A stretch of 63,803 nucleotides of DNA, the filler included, from Sluysia triapertura (lineage: Eukaryota): NCBI GenBank assembly GCA_046118255.1. It is 5 parts of 5 records of this genome, joined end to end, with 100 filler letters (N's around TTAATTAATTAA, not from the genome) between each part and the next. Parts side by side here need not be neighbours in the genome. Positions count along the whole stretch, not along the records: positions 35,612 to 52,861 come from JBJNIA010190496.1; positions 52,962 to 63,803 come from JBJNIA010192805.1; 3 more parts are not named here. One strand, 5' to 3'. The position numbers and the translations under genes are program-made. Of the stretch, positions 38,343 through 53,303 are shown one piece after another. How positions within the stretch are numbered: position 1 is the stretch's first letter; every line of letters begins with the position of its first letter. The notes beneath the pieces were generated by a model. It did no database searches. It was not told the origin of the DNA and saw only the letters and a list, made by a program, of their open reading frames with translations.

Positions 38343-38599
38343 TAAAAATAAAAATAAAATCTTAAAAATCTATAATTATACATTAATCAAAAAAACATAA
38401 TCTCAACAATAGCAATAATGATGACAATATCAAACTGAATAATAAGAATAACAAACATACGTATCTAAAATCATATACTAATATTCTTGCGCACACTAAT
38501 TCCAATTATCACAATTCAAGAAAATGTTCGAGTCTAATTTTGTCATAGCTGCATTCCACCAACCCATACTATGAGTCGATTTCTTCGATCACTACAAAC

Positions 38600-41462
38600 T
38601 CCTGGTAGATTGCAAAAATAAAACTCTAATACAAATATCACATAAGTTTTGATAAACAATAGCACAAAGAAAACGTCATGACTTATATCGAGATCAGATA
38701 TCCTGATCTCCTAAATGAAGAATTTTCAACAGATTATAGCTCAAATTCCGTTCACTTCATGAATACCATACAAATGGTTCAAACAGTGACGTCGCGAATT
38801 ATCGCAAAAAGTCGAACACAAGCTGAATAAGAATTCCTTGATGTGGAAAAATATGTAATTGTGCTGCGATCTTTTTCCTTATGGGCTGCACCCATTCACA
38901 TTGTTAAGAAAAAGATGAATCAATTAGGATATTCTGGATTACCGAATATTGAATAAAGTAACAATTCCTGACACATCCAATACCACCAATAATTGACATC
39001 TTGCGTCGTTTTTCCGGATATTTTGTGTTTCATCAATTGATTTGGCAAAGGCCTATCATAAGATCTCAGCACATCCAGAAGACATTGTGAAAACTGCAGT
39101 AACCACACCTTTTGGCTTATTCGAATACATGCGAATACCATTTGGTCTCAGAAATGTTGCTCAGACCTTTCAACGACATAGATAAAATTACGCAAGGCCC
39201 GTCCTTCGTTACAATATACATTTATTAAAAGAAACAACACCTAGACAAAGTCTTTAAACTCTCGGCAGACAATAATCTAATAATCAAACCGAAGAAATGT
39301 CAATTCTTCCCATCCTAAATCACATTTTAGGCCATAACATATCTTCTGAAGGCATCGAACCTTTATCAAGCCGTACAGAAACAATAAGGAACTTCCCGAA
39401 ACCACAAAACAGTGACTCAAATTATTGTCGTCGATTCTTGCCGAATTTATCAGAATCTTAGAACCACTTACAGCTCTATAGTCATGCAAGAAAACACAAA
39501 CGATAAATCGGAATTAATCGTCATTACTCGAATTTCTGCAATTTAAAGATCATATTTCAAGGTGCAAAGTCTTGCATTCCCTTTAACAACAGATGCGTCA
39601 AACATCGCAATTGGAGCTATGTTAGCTCAATACCAAAACGAAATTTTCAGACCAATTGAATTTTATTCACATAAATATCAAATCAACAAACACGTTATTC
39701 TGGCTATGTAATTGGCAGTAAAATTCACCTACTTAGAATACGTACTTATGACCATGAAATTCACTCTTAGAACGGATCACAAACCTGTGTTCATATTCGC
39801 AATGAAAAATCCTTCACCATAACAAAAACACATAAGCTACCTGTCACAGTTTAATTTCGAAATACAATACAACCCAGGACAGGAAAATGTGACCGCCGAT
39901 GCCTTATCGTGAGTTGCAATCAATATTATATAATTCCAAACTGAGTTCAAGATGGAAGATTTAAAAGCTGAAGACTCTACACATATGTTACGCAATGGAG
40001 TTTCAATTTCACGACCAGTTCTTGGTCCAAACCTGAGAATCAAAACGTTTGAATTTATCCACAATACTACGTTGTCAGGAGCAAAATCTAAGAAATCTTA
40101 AAATGAAAGTCATATGGCCTCTCATGTGTAATGATATAAAACATTGGACCAAATCATGCTTGACCTGCCAAGTAGTAAAAACGTATAAGACAGAAACTCT
40201 TCATTTCCCTACTGGTCAACTTATCGACACTATACATATGAATATCGTCGGTCCATTATCAAACTCAAAAGGTTATTCTTACATCCTGGCCAGAAGCTTT
40301 TCCTCTGTGTTCTATCTCAACAGAAACAATAGCTCATAACGCACTGAATTTCAACATTCGAAGTGCCGATGCGCATAATTACCGATCAAGGTAAATAATT
40401 TGAATCAGAATTGTTTAACAATATATTGAATCAACTTGGAAGTTCAATACTACTAACTACTACTTATCAATCAAATGGAATGATAAAACGGTTTCACCGA
40501 ACTTTAAAGACTTCACTCCGAGCTCTTTCAATAAAACATAACTGGTCAGATGCACTGACACCAATAAAGTGTTGAGGGCATCTTGAAAGATTCAGTTACC
40601 TTTAAACTTTTTATTGTTAGTTAATTCGGGCCTTAAGCCCTTTTTGTTAAAAGTTAAATTGATTAGTTATTCAAGTTTAGTAAACTCTAATTTTCTAAAA
40701 CCAAAAAAATATAAAAACATAAAATCGGTTGGAGAAACATTCTACACTCATCAACAGGATATTCTCCAGCTCAAATTGTGTTTGGTACTAATACTAAAAT
40801 TGTTCGACATCACAACACAAAATAAAATGTCCTTTCCAGAGATCTACGCGAAATCTTCACAGAATTAGACAATTCACCGCGTGTAGACATTCCAAAAAGT
40901 ATCACCGATGGTGAATTTGTTTGGTTGACGATAGAGCATCCTAATTCTCTGCAACCGAAACATACTCCACACAAAGTAACGAAAATAAACCCCGATAATC
41001 AAACGGTAATCATTTCAATCGCAGGACAACCACGGACCCTAAATTTGTGCAAATTAAAGTCAGCGACAATTCTAGTCGACAATAAAGAAACCGACTCTAA
41101 TGTTCCAATTAAATCGGTAACTTTCGCAACAGGGACTTCAGTACAATTGTTCAACAATAAGGAACCGGTTATATGAAGTGACAAACGTTTATTTTACCTG
41201 TCCCTTATGCTCAGCTTCTCAAAAGGGGGCTAATGTAGTGAACTCCATATAGTGTGTCACTTTTGTTATATACCTTACAAGTTGATTAGTTTGTTTCTTC
41301 TTTAGTTTAATAAAGTTAAAATAGAGAATAGTTATATAAACAAGCCAATATAAAGTATTAGTTTATGAATTAATAAGAAAGTTTTTGAAATCAGCAGAGA
41401 TAATAAATATATTTAGACCCTCACAATAATCTTTCATTGTAAACTATAAATCGCACACTATA
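38600..41462 (+). mobile_element. Decayed Ty3/Gypsy retrotransposon: RT, RNase H, integrase, PPT and 3' LTR
   Basis: RT motifs [28 protein letters not shown] and [29 protein letters not shown]. RNase H motifs TTDASNIAIGA, TDHKP and NVTADALS. Integrase motifs WPLM..CLTCQ, HMNIVGPL, IITDQG and QSNGMIKRFHRTLK. PPT aaaaggggg (41221) is followed by TGTAGTG (41234). Confidence 0.92.
40570..40817. mobile_element. Solo-LTR-like insertion inside the integrase region
   Basis: TGTTGAGG...TCACAACA interrupts the integrase after NWSDAL. No clear TSD. Confidence 0.45.
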
Positions 41463-44400
41463 AGTGCACCCAGTATTATTTTGCTAAAGAATAAAGAAAA
41501 ATTTAGCATTATCATTTTGTTAATTTTTCTTATTTTTTATAGTGGTTAGTATTTATTATTATTATCATTATTATTAAATAATAATAAATATTATTAATTT
41601 TCACATTTATTTTATTTTATTTTTTGGATGCAATTTTAGATTCCAACTGTGTATTCGTGTGTAGTTGAAATTTACATCACATTTTCTAATAAGAAATTAT
41701 CACAAATGAGTCTATAATCAGGCACCAATAATTTCTGAAATAATGATGACGATAAGGTAGTATTTCGTCATCTTAATTAACAGCACAATATCTCCGATTT
41801 TTCGACACTTACATTTTGGTTGTCCATATTTAAAAAGTTAACAGAAACCCTAGATGGAGCAACTGAATTTGCAGTTACTTTACTTATACTGTTTGTTGAT
41901 ACTTTAGAATTTGAAATAATTTTATTGCTCTGAAAATTTGTATTAACACCAACTGAAGTATTAGATGAATTAATATAATCACTATTAGACGACTTCAATT
42001 ATGTATTTCTGCAGATGAAGAAACCATCGATCGATTATTAGTAGTAGTTGCAGCAACAGATATTAATCGATGATTGAGATTAAACCCATTAAGATTCAGA
42101 TAAAATGGCTGAATATTGACGAAAAGGATTGGTGAGATTAGTATGTAGATTAAAATATAGTGAGATTAAAATGTAGAGACATATTAGTGTTGCGATAATT
42201 GAGTTTGATTTTTTTGTTATCACCATAATTTCTAACATATGGGCTGAATAAACAAAAACCTAATGTAGCACCACAACAAGCATTGGTGATATTACTATTA
42301 GTACTATATTATTAGGTATAGGCATGACGATATGTGATATTGGTGTTATAATTGGAAGTTATATTAGATAAAGAAATTATATAAATATAATAATAATAAT
42401 GATAATAGAATAACAGAAAAACAATAACGTTTTAATTTATATTTAATTTTAGATTATTTAATTAAGTGTAGACATAAATGTGCGTATTGTTATCATTGTT
42501 ATGATTGTTGCAGTTAACATGTAATATTGATAATAGGTAGTTATAGGAAGTTGTTGAGCTGTTTGAAGCGATAAAAGTCATGTGAAAATATGTTAGAATA
42601 TTCTTATGTTACAATATGTTATTGGTATTTCGATTGTTAATGTAATTTGTTAAATTTTTAATAGTTTTGCTACATTGAGTTGAAATTTGGTTATTAATTT
42701 ATGATTCTTGTGTTTTGGGGTTGGGTACACCATATCTACGATATCATACTACGGGCTAAAATATTTGATATAAATTACGCTGACAGTATTTCGCAAGTTA
42801 TACTATTATTTACAATTTCGATTCACAAATGAATAACAAGTTATTTACAAATTTTAATGCTCAATTTAAGAACAAGTTTATTATACTTTGATGCTTAATT
42901 GTTGAAGAAAAATAAATAATTCTATTCACCGTATTACTCAATAAAAAAGTTTATTTAAAATGATTAGTGATCGAATAATTTTCGCCAACACGATATATCA
43001 ACAAAATAATCCAGATTTCGAGAATCAATCGATAATGATAAATTTTCTTATCTACAATTTTGCTGTAATTACTTGTTAGTTTAATTTAATTATTAATTTA
43101 CATATTAATTGATATTACACATTAATTTATATTATAAAATCAATACCTTGAAATAAGTTAAAATGTTAATGATTATAAGAATTTGTACAAATTAAAAAAA
43201 TCAATAGTGAATTAACTAAACAGACACATTAAAAGAAAATCTAATAGTATGAATGTGAAATTATTGAATGTATGTTTAAAATTATTAATACTAAAATAAT
43301 TTGATAGTGAAATTGTACAAATGGTAATTTATGATTAAATATCTATTAATAATTTTTAATATAATAATAATCTAATAATAGTAGGCTGAAATTAAATTCT
43401 ATGTAATATATAATTATTACTGCCCTATAATCATTGGGTGAAATTAATAATTTCCGATATAAAAATTGTATTAAATTATGCGTACAATTAATAATTTAAT
43501 TATTGTTTTATAATCACTGGCTGAAATTAACTTTAAATAAATCACGAAAGTATAAATACAGAAAGAAAATAGCAACAAAACTCAAACGATAAACCACGAT
43601 AGATTCGATTACAATAATTGTATACTATCAACTGGTAAAAACCACGATAGATTTGAATTCAATAATTATATATTGACTATCAATAGGTTGAGGTTACAAC
43701 GATTTGGATAACAAGTATACCGGAGGAAATACTATTCTGTCAAAGGGTGGGAAGACGACTTTCAATCGAAATTGTTAATCATATTAAGTCAGGTAATCTA
43801 ATTTCAGCCTAGATAAACTTAAATATAAATTAATTAAATTCTAATAAAATCTAATAAAATTTCATTCATTTTATAATTAAATTTAATGAAATTTTTGTTT
43901 CTTTTTGTTATTATTTGATTAAATGATTATGATTGATCTGTTTAATCAGTCTTAATAAGGCTAATAAGAAGAATTAAGAAATAGAGTTTGAGGTTTATAA
44001 TTTTATAGTGACAAAACACTTCCATTTCTTACATTGAAGACGAGTAGTGAACTCATTAAATAAGATATTTGATAAAGTGGAAAACAGTAAAAATTCATCA
44101 GGTAAATAATTAGAAGGGCTAAACTCTAACATAATTTATATTAAGTAGTGATAAAAGAATGGAAATATATAGAGTTAATTTTAAAGCATGAATAAGTTGA
44201 AAATCCTGAGTTTATATTTTAATAAGAATGAAACTCGAAAAGAATTAGAGATTAAAATTGACACGTGAGACTGATTAAGCACATAACACATACAGTGATC
44301 ATAGAGGACATTTCAAACCGAGTAAAGACATATTGTCTTTAAAGTTTTTAAATTTTACACTGTGCCTGCTTAAAAATCATAAAAATTTTTAAGCAGCTTA

Positions 44401-46273
44401 CAGGTTGCTCTAAACTTGCATTAAAAAATAATGTTCCTTTGAAAAATAATAATAATAATACATTTTAAAGGCCGAGAGACCTTGATAATAATTATCATCA
44501 ATAAATGACCTTAAAGTCATTAAACATAAAAAGTATTTATAAAATGCGTATAATACGCAACATTATAAATAGTGCTGAATTCTTAATTCAGTTTAGTTAG
44601 TTTTTATCACGCAATTATTACATAATTATTTGCATTGGATGCAATAAAAATTTTTAGAAAATAATCATGGCTTGAATTCAATGGAATTATATCAATACAA
44701 TCTTTTAGACATGAAATCATTTTAGAATATTGCAGTTCGCGACATACTTATAAATTTGTTACATAAATTTCCTTGATTAAACGATTTACAGATTAAGCTA
44801 AACAATTACATTACAGAAATATTAATTTTCAACTGTACTTATAAAATTACTGTTTGTTTGATTTCTCGCGGCGCAGCAAACTTTTATAAAAATATTAAAG
44901 TAATTATTTCTACAAGCCATTTTAACAAGGCTTTTAAAATCACATTAAAGTTTTAACAAAGTAATATTAAAGATCAATCTAGTAAATTTATTTTATTAAG
45001 TAATATTTGTTCATATTTTATTATTAATTAATCTTTTGTATTTTATCATTGAGAAATGTGTTAATTTAATTTAATTTGTTTAGTTTATTATTTCTTTGCA
45101 TTACCACTCACTTATAAACATAAACGCCCATTTACAAGAGTCATTTTAAAGAGAGTCGCAAAATCTAAGGGATTTAAAATTCAATTAACATTTAAAATAC
45201 ATAAAATCTAGTTTTACTTTCAGAGCCTTTTTAAATAAACTCTTAAATTCACTATTTGTTCTATGTCTCATTTTAAAGAGAGGTATAAAATCTAATAATT
45301 TAAAATAAATTGAAAATAATTAGAGGTGTAGTAATTGCCTCGTGAGTATAAGTAATTATAAGTAGACTTAATTATAAGAACTTAACGTCCAAAGTAAACT
45401 AGGTACATTTGTTATATTTAAACATTAAATCAGGATAATCAAACAATTTTGAAAGCATAATTAACTGACTAAGTATAAATAGTTATTAATCCTCGTAGTA
45501 CTTCATGGACTTAAGTTACAGAATCCTGTGGACAAACCATTTTGTAAGCCTTAGCAAACCCACAATCAAACTACATTTTATCCTCTACTTTTAGTCTGAT
45601 TACGTTCTTTAATCATATAATTATGGTTCATATTATGTTATAGTTTATTTTTTAAAATGTTATTCAACCCAATCTAGTCAGCACACAAGTAGAGGCACTA
45701 AACGTTAAAAAGTATTTTAATTAATACAGTAGTAAAGATAAATATACATTTGGTATTAAATTACAGTAAGGAATACTTATACTTACATTAATATAGATTT
45801 TAAAGCATTAAAAATAATTAGTCCCTCACATATTAGTTATGACGTGGCGAAAAAGCCCACCAGCAATTTATAAAGTCTATTAAGTTATCAGTTTAAAGTA
45901 CTATAGAGTGACCATCTTTAGAGTCTCACGTCGCTAGATATAGATAAACCCATTAAATTTCTATATTGTGAATAAACGTAATTGTATATGAATTAAAATT
46001 AGCATTAAAATGCCACAAATAATTTTATGGCAGGTAAAATTTAAAAGTCAAAAACTAAAAAATCAATGCGGAATTGTAAAGACACTACAAACTGAGTAGG
46101 TTTTTGGAAAATACTTCTTTCCTTATAGAGGAAGTAGAACTAAATAAACAAAAAATGTTAAAACATTCTAGAAGAATTTTTTAATAAAAAACTTAATACT
46201 TGTATATATTATATAAATTTTAAAGTTCTATTTTATTTTTTTTCTACTACATCATATAAACTAGAATAAACTT

Positions 46274-46291
46274 AATAATTATTATTATGGC

Positions 46292-46361
<70 letters not shown>
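46274..46361. repeat. (AAT)n microsatellite
   Basis: Direct run, pure from about 46295. Confidence 0.95.
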
Positions 46362-47033
46362 GTAAGATAAACACTTATAGATTAGCACGACAATCATAAA
46401 TTCACTTCTTACTTTCATATGTAGCTGATGGTTATTTAAAATTATTTAAAATATACTCTTGACAAATGATTCAATACAAATAGCACTTATTTTGTTAGTG
46501 TTAAATTGTATTGATCAATGCAACTTATACATATGATATTGAATTATTATAAAATTATGGTGAATACATAATAAGCTTTACTTTTATTACTTAATTGTAC
46601 ATCGTAATAAACTTAAAAATATTAATCACAGAATACACACCAGTAAAATATTTATTTAGTGTTTAACTTATGACTAAAAGTATATTTATTAAATAAAAAC
46701 TAGTTTGAAAATGTTCTTCACAATGTTAAGCTTAATGCCAGTATTTCAGTACAAGGTACATACAATGAAAGTAAACGGTGAAATCTATCATAATCATAGA
46801 AGTTATGACAAAAGAAAATTTTACAGAACGAGTAACGAAAATTTTATTAAATTTAAAATAATTAAAGTTTTATTTTAAAATGTTTGACTTTTCGCATTAA
46901 TAAGTTTCACATATTAAACGTATCAGATTAATTTTTCAAATCCAATCTTGAAATGATTAAATATAATACTAACGCTTTTGATTTTATTACTGAAAATTTT
47001 GTATATTTAATTTTGCTGAATAATTTTGTTTTT

Positions 47034-47601
47034 TGTGGTGGACAACCTTTCGCTTAAAATTTAAATAATCATTTCAATTAAATCATTACACCCATTAACA
47101 TTTTACATTATACCTTTTCATAATTCACCAAAACCTTTTTTATATTTTATATTTTTTAGATTCATTAAAACCATTTTTATACTTTAAAACATTCTAAATT
47201 TACAATCTTTCTATATCCAAACTATGCGTTTATTCAAAACCATCAATATTCATTTAAAACATTTTATTCATTATCTCATAACATTAGAAACACAATTAAA
47301 TCTTAAATCATCATTGAAATTGTGAAAATTAATTATAAACATCTTAAGTTCATAATCCTTCAACATTCACTTTTTAAGGCTTTTAAAAACATGAATTTTA
47401 ATTTTATCTTTATAAAGTGCAATTAAATAATTTTTATATTTCAAGAAACATGAATTTTAAAATTTTTAAGAAATAAGACATTTAAAAGTAAAGATCATGT
47501 TTCAAAGTATTAAAGTTTATGCATTAAATTCATTTTATTATGTAATTTAAATTATCATATTATAACTATTATTATTTTATTTCATTTAATTGTTACCACC
47601 A
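47034..47601 (+). mobile_element. TGTNGTGGNCAACC-family arm or solo LTR
   Basis: TGTGGTGGACAACC...ACCACCA, flanked by ttttt on both sides. Homologous to 52962-53260. Confidence 0.65.
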
Positions 47602-47629
47602 TTTTTAGTACTAATTTATATAGTCTAAC

Positions 47630-47765
47630 CTGTCACCAGTCGACAGTTGGACTTCATTGAATCACTATATCGTACTAAACTGTCGACTGATGACAGTTGC
47701 TGAGCATACATCACCAGTAACACTACTTCGTATAGTAATCCTGAACTGACTGGACGTCCAATCAG
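47630..47765 (+). promoter_or_regulatory. Module D: 19-bp inverted repeat built from CTGTCA/GACAG sites, plus CCAATCAG
   Basis: ctgtcaccagtcgacagtt (47630) / aactgtcgactgatgacag (47696), one mismatch; ccaatcag at 47758. Confidence 0.5.
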
Positions 47766-48049
47766 CACTGATGAGTTCTAAAATAACTTTCGACAAGTTT
47801 TATGAATATCAAATAATAAAGAGAAATAAGTTAATTTTATTCATCAAAAATTAAAAACGGAATTTTTAATAACTATACACTAAAAATGAAAATACACTAA
47901 TTCTTCATGTTGGGATAAAGTTATGTTAAAGTAATTTAGAATAATTAAACACATAAACTTAGTTGATTTATTCAATTTAGTGATATTAGAAGAGTTTGTT
48001 TATAAAAATGTGATCTTTGTCCATCAAATTAATTCTGACTTTATTCCTT

Positions 48050-48256
48050 AACAATAAAAAAAGAGAAATAAAACCTAAATTTAGTTAATGGTATTAAATG
48101 TAATTGTGGTTTATATTTTATGAGTTTGTGAATATAGCTTAGTTTGAAAAAATGAACTATTTTGTGAATGTGTAAATATTGAGGTGTTGAAAGTTTAATT
48201 CGTTTTTCTTTTTTTAAAATTTTAAATTTTAATAGTTATAAAGGTCGTCCACTACA
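48050..48256 (-). mobile_element. Inverted arm of the same family
   Basis: The minus strand starts TGTAGTGGACGACCTTT, 15/17 identical to the start at 47034. Confidence 0.6.
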
Positions 48257-49539
48257 ATCATAATTAAGTAAACTCACAAAATCACTCAGATTTATAAAGT
48301 AATAAGCAAACTTAAGACCATCATGCACAAATGTATCTCTCCTGTGAGAATAAACTGTATATATTGTAGGCGAATACAGTTAACTATTAAATCAATTTTG
48401 TAAGAATATAAGTTAAATATTAAATATTAAGCATTAAATATTAAAGAAATAAATAAAAAGTAATCGAAAAACCTTGCACATATATTTTGTTTTGTTATCA
48501 AATTACGTATGTATAATATTATTAATGAAAATATTAACTTCTCAACTGTTATTTATTATTATTATTATTATTATTTATAATTTATTATTATTAATATTAT
48601 TATTATTATATTATTGGTTACAATTTAACTAATTTTTTGCCGACTGCACTCATATATACAAAAATTCGATAAAAAATTAATGCATTAGTAAAAGTTAGGA
48701 TGTCCCTCGTTACCGAACCTATTAAATTACTTTATTTTTCTTCAAGTTACAAACTTTGATTGTGTAAAGTTTGACTTTGAAAGTTAAGTACAAAATAGAC
48801 TTTGTAAATTAAATAATGTGATTATGAATTAAATGAAAATATAGTAATATTAATAAATATTAGTGTGAAAATAATACCAACAATAATAAATAATATTAAT
48901 CCTTTAAACATTAGGTGAAAATAATAATATAATAATAATAACCATAAACAAATAGCGGAAAAAAATAACAAGTTATCAGAGTCCAAATCAGAATTAGTAT
49001 AAATAGAAAGTTTATTTGAGTTTTATAGATGTAACACTATTTGAATTTGAAATAAACATTATTTGAAAATTCAATAGAAAACATTAATTGAATCTGGAAG
49101 AAACATTTCAATTTGAAAGAAACATTATTGAAATTTCGAAAGAAAAGACACATTAAGTGTATTTCAAAGAAACATTGTTCTGATTGGTATTCGAAATTCT
49201 ATGAACTTATACAAATTTGGACCATCTCTATTCATAATTATAATGAGTTCATTCAAAATTTTTTTATATTAAAGGGTATGAACTTGAATTTTAACATTAA
49301 CGTTTCAAACCTTAAATAACATATAAATAATTAAACATTTAAACATCGGCTTAAGGCCATAAAAATATCTAATGAACTTTCAAATGAACAATGTAAAAAC
49401 ATTAGAAATAACAATTATATTAAATAATAACAAAGCAACAAATTGTAATCGTAATTAAAAATAATGATAGAAAAGTGAGAATAAGACATCAATTGAGTCA
49501 TCTTTAAAATCGCAATATTCAAGTTTTAGAACACCTGCT

Positions 49540-50320
49540 CCATTAAGGAATGGGCCAAATTTTGGTTAAAACATCTGGTCTCACAACCCGAATATAAGTG
49601 TTGTCTAAATAGATAAATCCATAGTAGGTAAAATTAAGATTGCAATTATTTTCATTATTGAATGTTATGTAATGGAGCCAAATGGTGATCCGTTATTAGC
49701 TGTATAACAGGTAGATCAAGAGGCTTTTTAAGCTTAAAAATATCATAATTTCACATTATCTAAAATTTCCATGTTTAGAAGGTGCAAACTTTCATTTTCG
49801 ATATATTAATTATTTGTATTAATTTCAGTATCAAAATATTTAAAGAAAGTATTATATGATGGAACTATGACACTGTTAGGTTTACATGAAATAAATTCCA
49901 CTAAATCGATATTCAAAAATGGATTAAGGGTGTTCTCATTTGTTATTTGACTGGTTTCGTCGATATCTTCTTGTGATTCATTATTACATTGTTTGAAACA
50001 GCCATGGCATGAGTACGGTATATGAGTCAACAAAAATCTTGTTCAATCTTTGTATAATTTTATTTCTTGCAGCATTTAACAAAGCATTCAAAGATACGAC
50101 ATAAGGGTTATGTTTATAAATTTAGAATCATCTTTTATTGCATAAACTTCATTGTAAGAGTAGATTGAGTTTTTCTTTGGTGCAGTATAATCAAATTCAA
50201 TTTTTAAGTCTATTTTTGTTATTAAAAATAACAAACCAGCACTACAATATTGAGTTTGACATAAAAATGCACAATTAATAAAATTTGTTGATGTTTCACA
50301 TTATAAATAATTATTTTCAT
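49540..50320 (-). pseudogene. Possible decayed Cys-rich protein gene
   Basis: Fragments INCAFLCQTQYCSAG, ECFVKCCKK, SCHGCFKQC and PKFGPFLNGAG are broken by stops and frameshifts. Confidence 0.25.
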
Positions 50321-51769
50321 ATATAAACTTGGAAATGTAACGATATCAGTACAAAGCATAAATATGATTTAGAAGTAATAACGATACATATAGTAATAAA
50401 GACGTCAGTAACAACGATGAAATACTAGTAACGATAATAATAGATATATTCACAAGGTAAGAGAAATACATACATGCATAAGGTAGAAAAAAATGGAAAT
50501 GATTGTAACAATGATAATAAATGCAAAATCTGAGTTGCTGAGGTTATTATGATCCTGTTAATGTTTGTATGTATTGAGTAGTGTTTGGTGTGTTGTAGCT
50601 TGTTTAAGTATGTTTTGATTTGTGATGAAGTTTGTTTAGGATTGTGATTATTTGAGTTAGAGTTCAATACAACAATTTAATAATCATGTTTGATATTACA
50701 TTAGGCTATCCTGTATCCTTAAGAAATACTAAATTCCCACTATAAATCAGTTCAATATATTATTGATTGACCATTCTCATTCTCAATACGCTGCTTATGA
50801 TTGTCCTTAAAAAGAAAAGAAAAACCTATTTCGCATGATCGGAGAAACGAGAACATTGTAGTTATTAATTATTCATATAAGTCGATTCAATTACATAAAG
50901 CAAATGAAAAACCAGAAATATATGAAATCGAAAAGAACATTTTGCAGGATGAGCTGAAGCATTGTAAGAATTGATACAGAAGGAATTGAAAAAGAGTTTG
51001 TTAGAATGTTTCTACTTCTAGAAAAGAGAATGGAAATGAATAAACTAATACGTTAAATGTGGAGTTTTGTTTAAAAATTCAGCCAAACGTGAGTCGGAAT
51101 AAAAAACATATTTCCACATAAAATATTTAATATTAAAGTACACACAAATTTTTATCTGCTTCTTTTTAGAAAAAGAATAGAAACTATTGTGTTATTTTTA
51201 TGATTTGATCACTTTTTACAATATTCGATTATTTTTATGTTTTTTGATGATCACCATTTTTCGTTGTGAATATTGAAAAAATGTAAGAGAGAATTTATTT
51301 ACGCATGAAATTCCTGCAAAAAATGCCAGAGTTGAAATATAACAGTAACTTGTATCTACAAATTAGTAGTATAAAAAATGATTCGTTAATTTCGTTGATC
51401 CAAATCATGTTTTCTACAGCGATAACTCACCTGCATTTTATAAAGGTGAAGCATGACAAAAGGCATTAGATCATGTTGAATATTCTATTATTATCGAATG
51501 CGAATGCACAAAAGGGACACTCATTAGAACGGAATATTTTAACCGAATTGGTGAACGACTCAGATATATGGCGAAGCGTTTGATGTAGACCTGAGTAAGA
51601 GACGATATGAAAGTAAAGAATTGCCAGATGAACTGGTTGTTGCGCTGACGAAAATAAGTTGTCTATCAAACTGCACGTTATATAAAAATGAAACTGTTGC
51701 TTATTTTGAAATGAATGAGTTTATGAATAGAACCGACCATATATTAACTGCAAGAGCTTCCATCTGAAC

Positions 51770-52000
51770 TAATGCATGCGTCGAATCAAGCGATCTTAAT
51801 AATGCCAAACGATATTTGGATAAGTCACACTCTTAGCACAGAATACAGGATACTCGTAAGGAGTGCCTTGGAGTAAAAAGACGAAGCAAGAAAATGTAAG
51901 AATTGAATTTAAAATTTAAAATTAGAATTTTAGTGTTAGCGATGGAGCACCAGATGATATTCAGAAGATAAAGTTATGTACAGAGGATACCTGTGCGCCA
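51770..52000 (+). mobile_element. Possible hAT-type transposase remnant
   Basis: SSDLNNAKRYLDKSH (BED-finger-like end) and VSDGAPD (51935-51955). These are very short matches. Confidence 0.25.
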
Positions 52001-52861
52001 TGTATCTTACTCCAGTTCGATTCACGAATACCAGAGATAGTGTCGTTTAAAATTCAATTTGAGAAGCAACCTGTCATCTATTCATGTATAAGAAACAGGC
52101 GGACAAAACGTTGCGCATATATTATGATTCGTGTAGGTGAATTTTATATTTTGATCATCTAATTATGTCTATGCTCACAGGTCCTATTCCTTTTTTATAG
52201 AAATTTGTTTTTATAAGGTAGATTTGTTCTCGAATTTTGTATAATAAATTTTAGTTCATGTTAAGTTACTTTAAGCGTTAGGTATCTTAAGCGCCTATTG
52301 AATGAAATATCATTTACAAATTGTACGTCCTCACAACAAAATCTATTATCAATTTGCATTAATAAAATATTTGTATTATTTATAATAAATTCAAAACTGA
52401 TAGTAATATACCTCTAATAATAATCTTATATAATAGCATTACTTGAATATACAAATAATATACTTGATCTCTATAAATTGTTTAGTAAAGAATTTGAAAA
52501 AACCGATAAATTGAATTTAAATTCATATCAATAAATTATAAAAAACGAGTTTAATATTTATTTTTAAAATATCTTTTAACATGGGGTTGTAATATACTTT
52601 ATAAATTAACGAATAAAGTCCTACTAAACACTTTGGTTTAAAACTGATCCTTACAGTTATAAACTTTATTTAAGCTTATATAAGGAATAGAAATAAAATT
52701 ATTCAAACACATTTACTTTAATTTGAACATGTTCATAACAGTAATTAACCTCTATAAGTACTTTTTATGATACTTTTTAAAATCTTACGTAGTAGCCCTT
52801 AAGTGTATAAGTCTAGGATCATAGGCGGACTCTTATTAACTATTTATTGGTAACTATATAT

Positions 52862-52961
52862 NNNNNNNNNNNNNNNNNNNNNNNNNNNNNNNNNNNNNNN
52901 NNNNNTTAATTAATTAANNNNNNNNNNNNNNNNNNNNNNNNNNNNNNNNNNNNNNNNNNNN
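52862..52961. other. Artificial contig-joining spacer
   Basis: N44-TTAATTAATTAA-N44. Confidence 0.97.
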
Positions 52962-53260
52962 AACATTTTACTATTTCCAGCAAAACCTTTTTTTTATATT
53001 TTATTTCTTTCAGATCCATTAAAATCATTTTTATATCTCAAAACACTTAAACTCATAAATCTTCAACATCCAAATTTTATCTTCAGTAAAACCATCATAT
53101 CACATTAAAAATTTATTTAAAACATGTCATTCATTATCTTATAACATTAAAATCACATCTTCATTCAAAATCATTAACCTACAATAAACTTTAACCAAAA
53201 CATTTTATTCACAATTTCACCAGGAATTCGAAATTTAACATGAAATTTAATTGTGAATTA
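52962..53260 (+). mobile_element. Arm of the C/A-skewed LTR-like family, cut by the contig start
   Basis: Homologous to 47100-47300 (+) and, inverted, to 54460-54545 (aacctacaat, aaacattttattcacaat). Confidence 0.65.
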
Positions 53261-53303
53261 GCATTACTTGTTTTTAGTTAGTTTTACAATCGTTGATCAT
53301 TGA

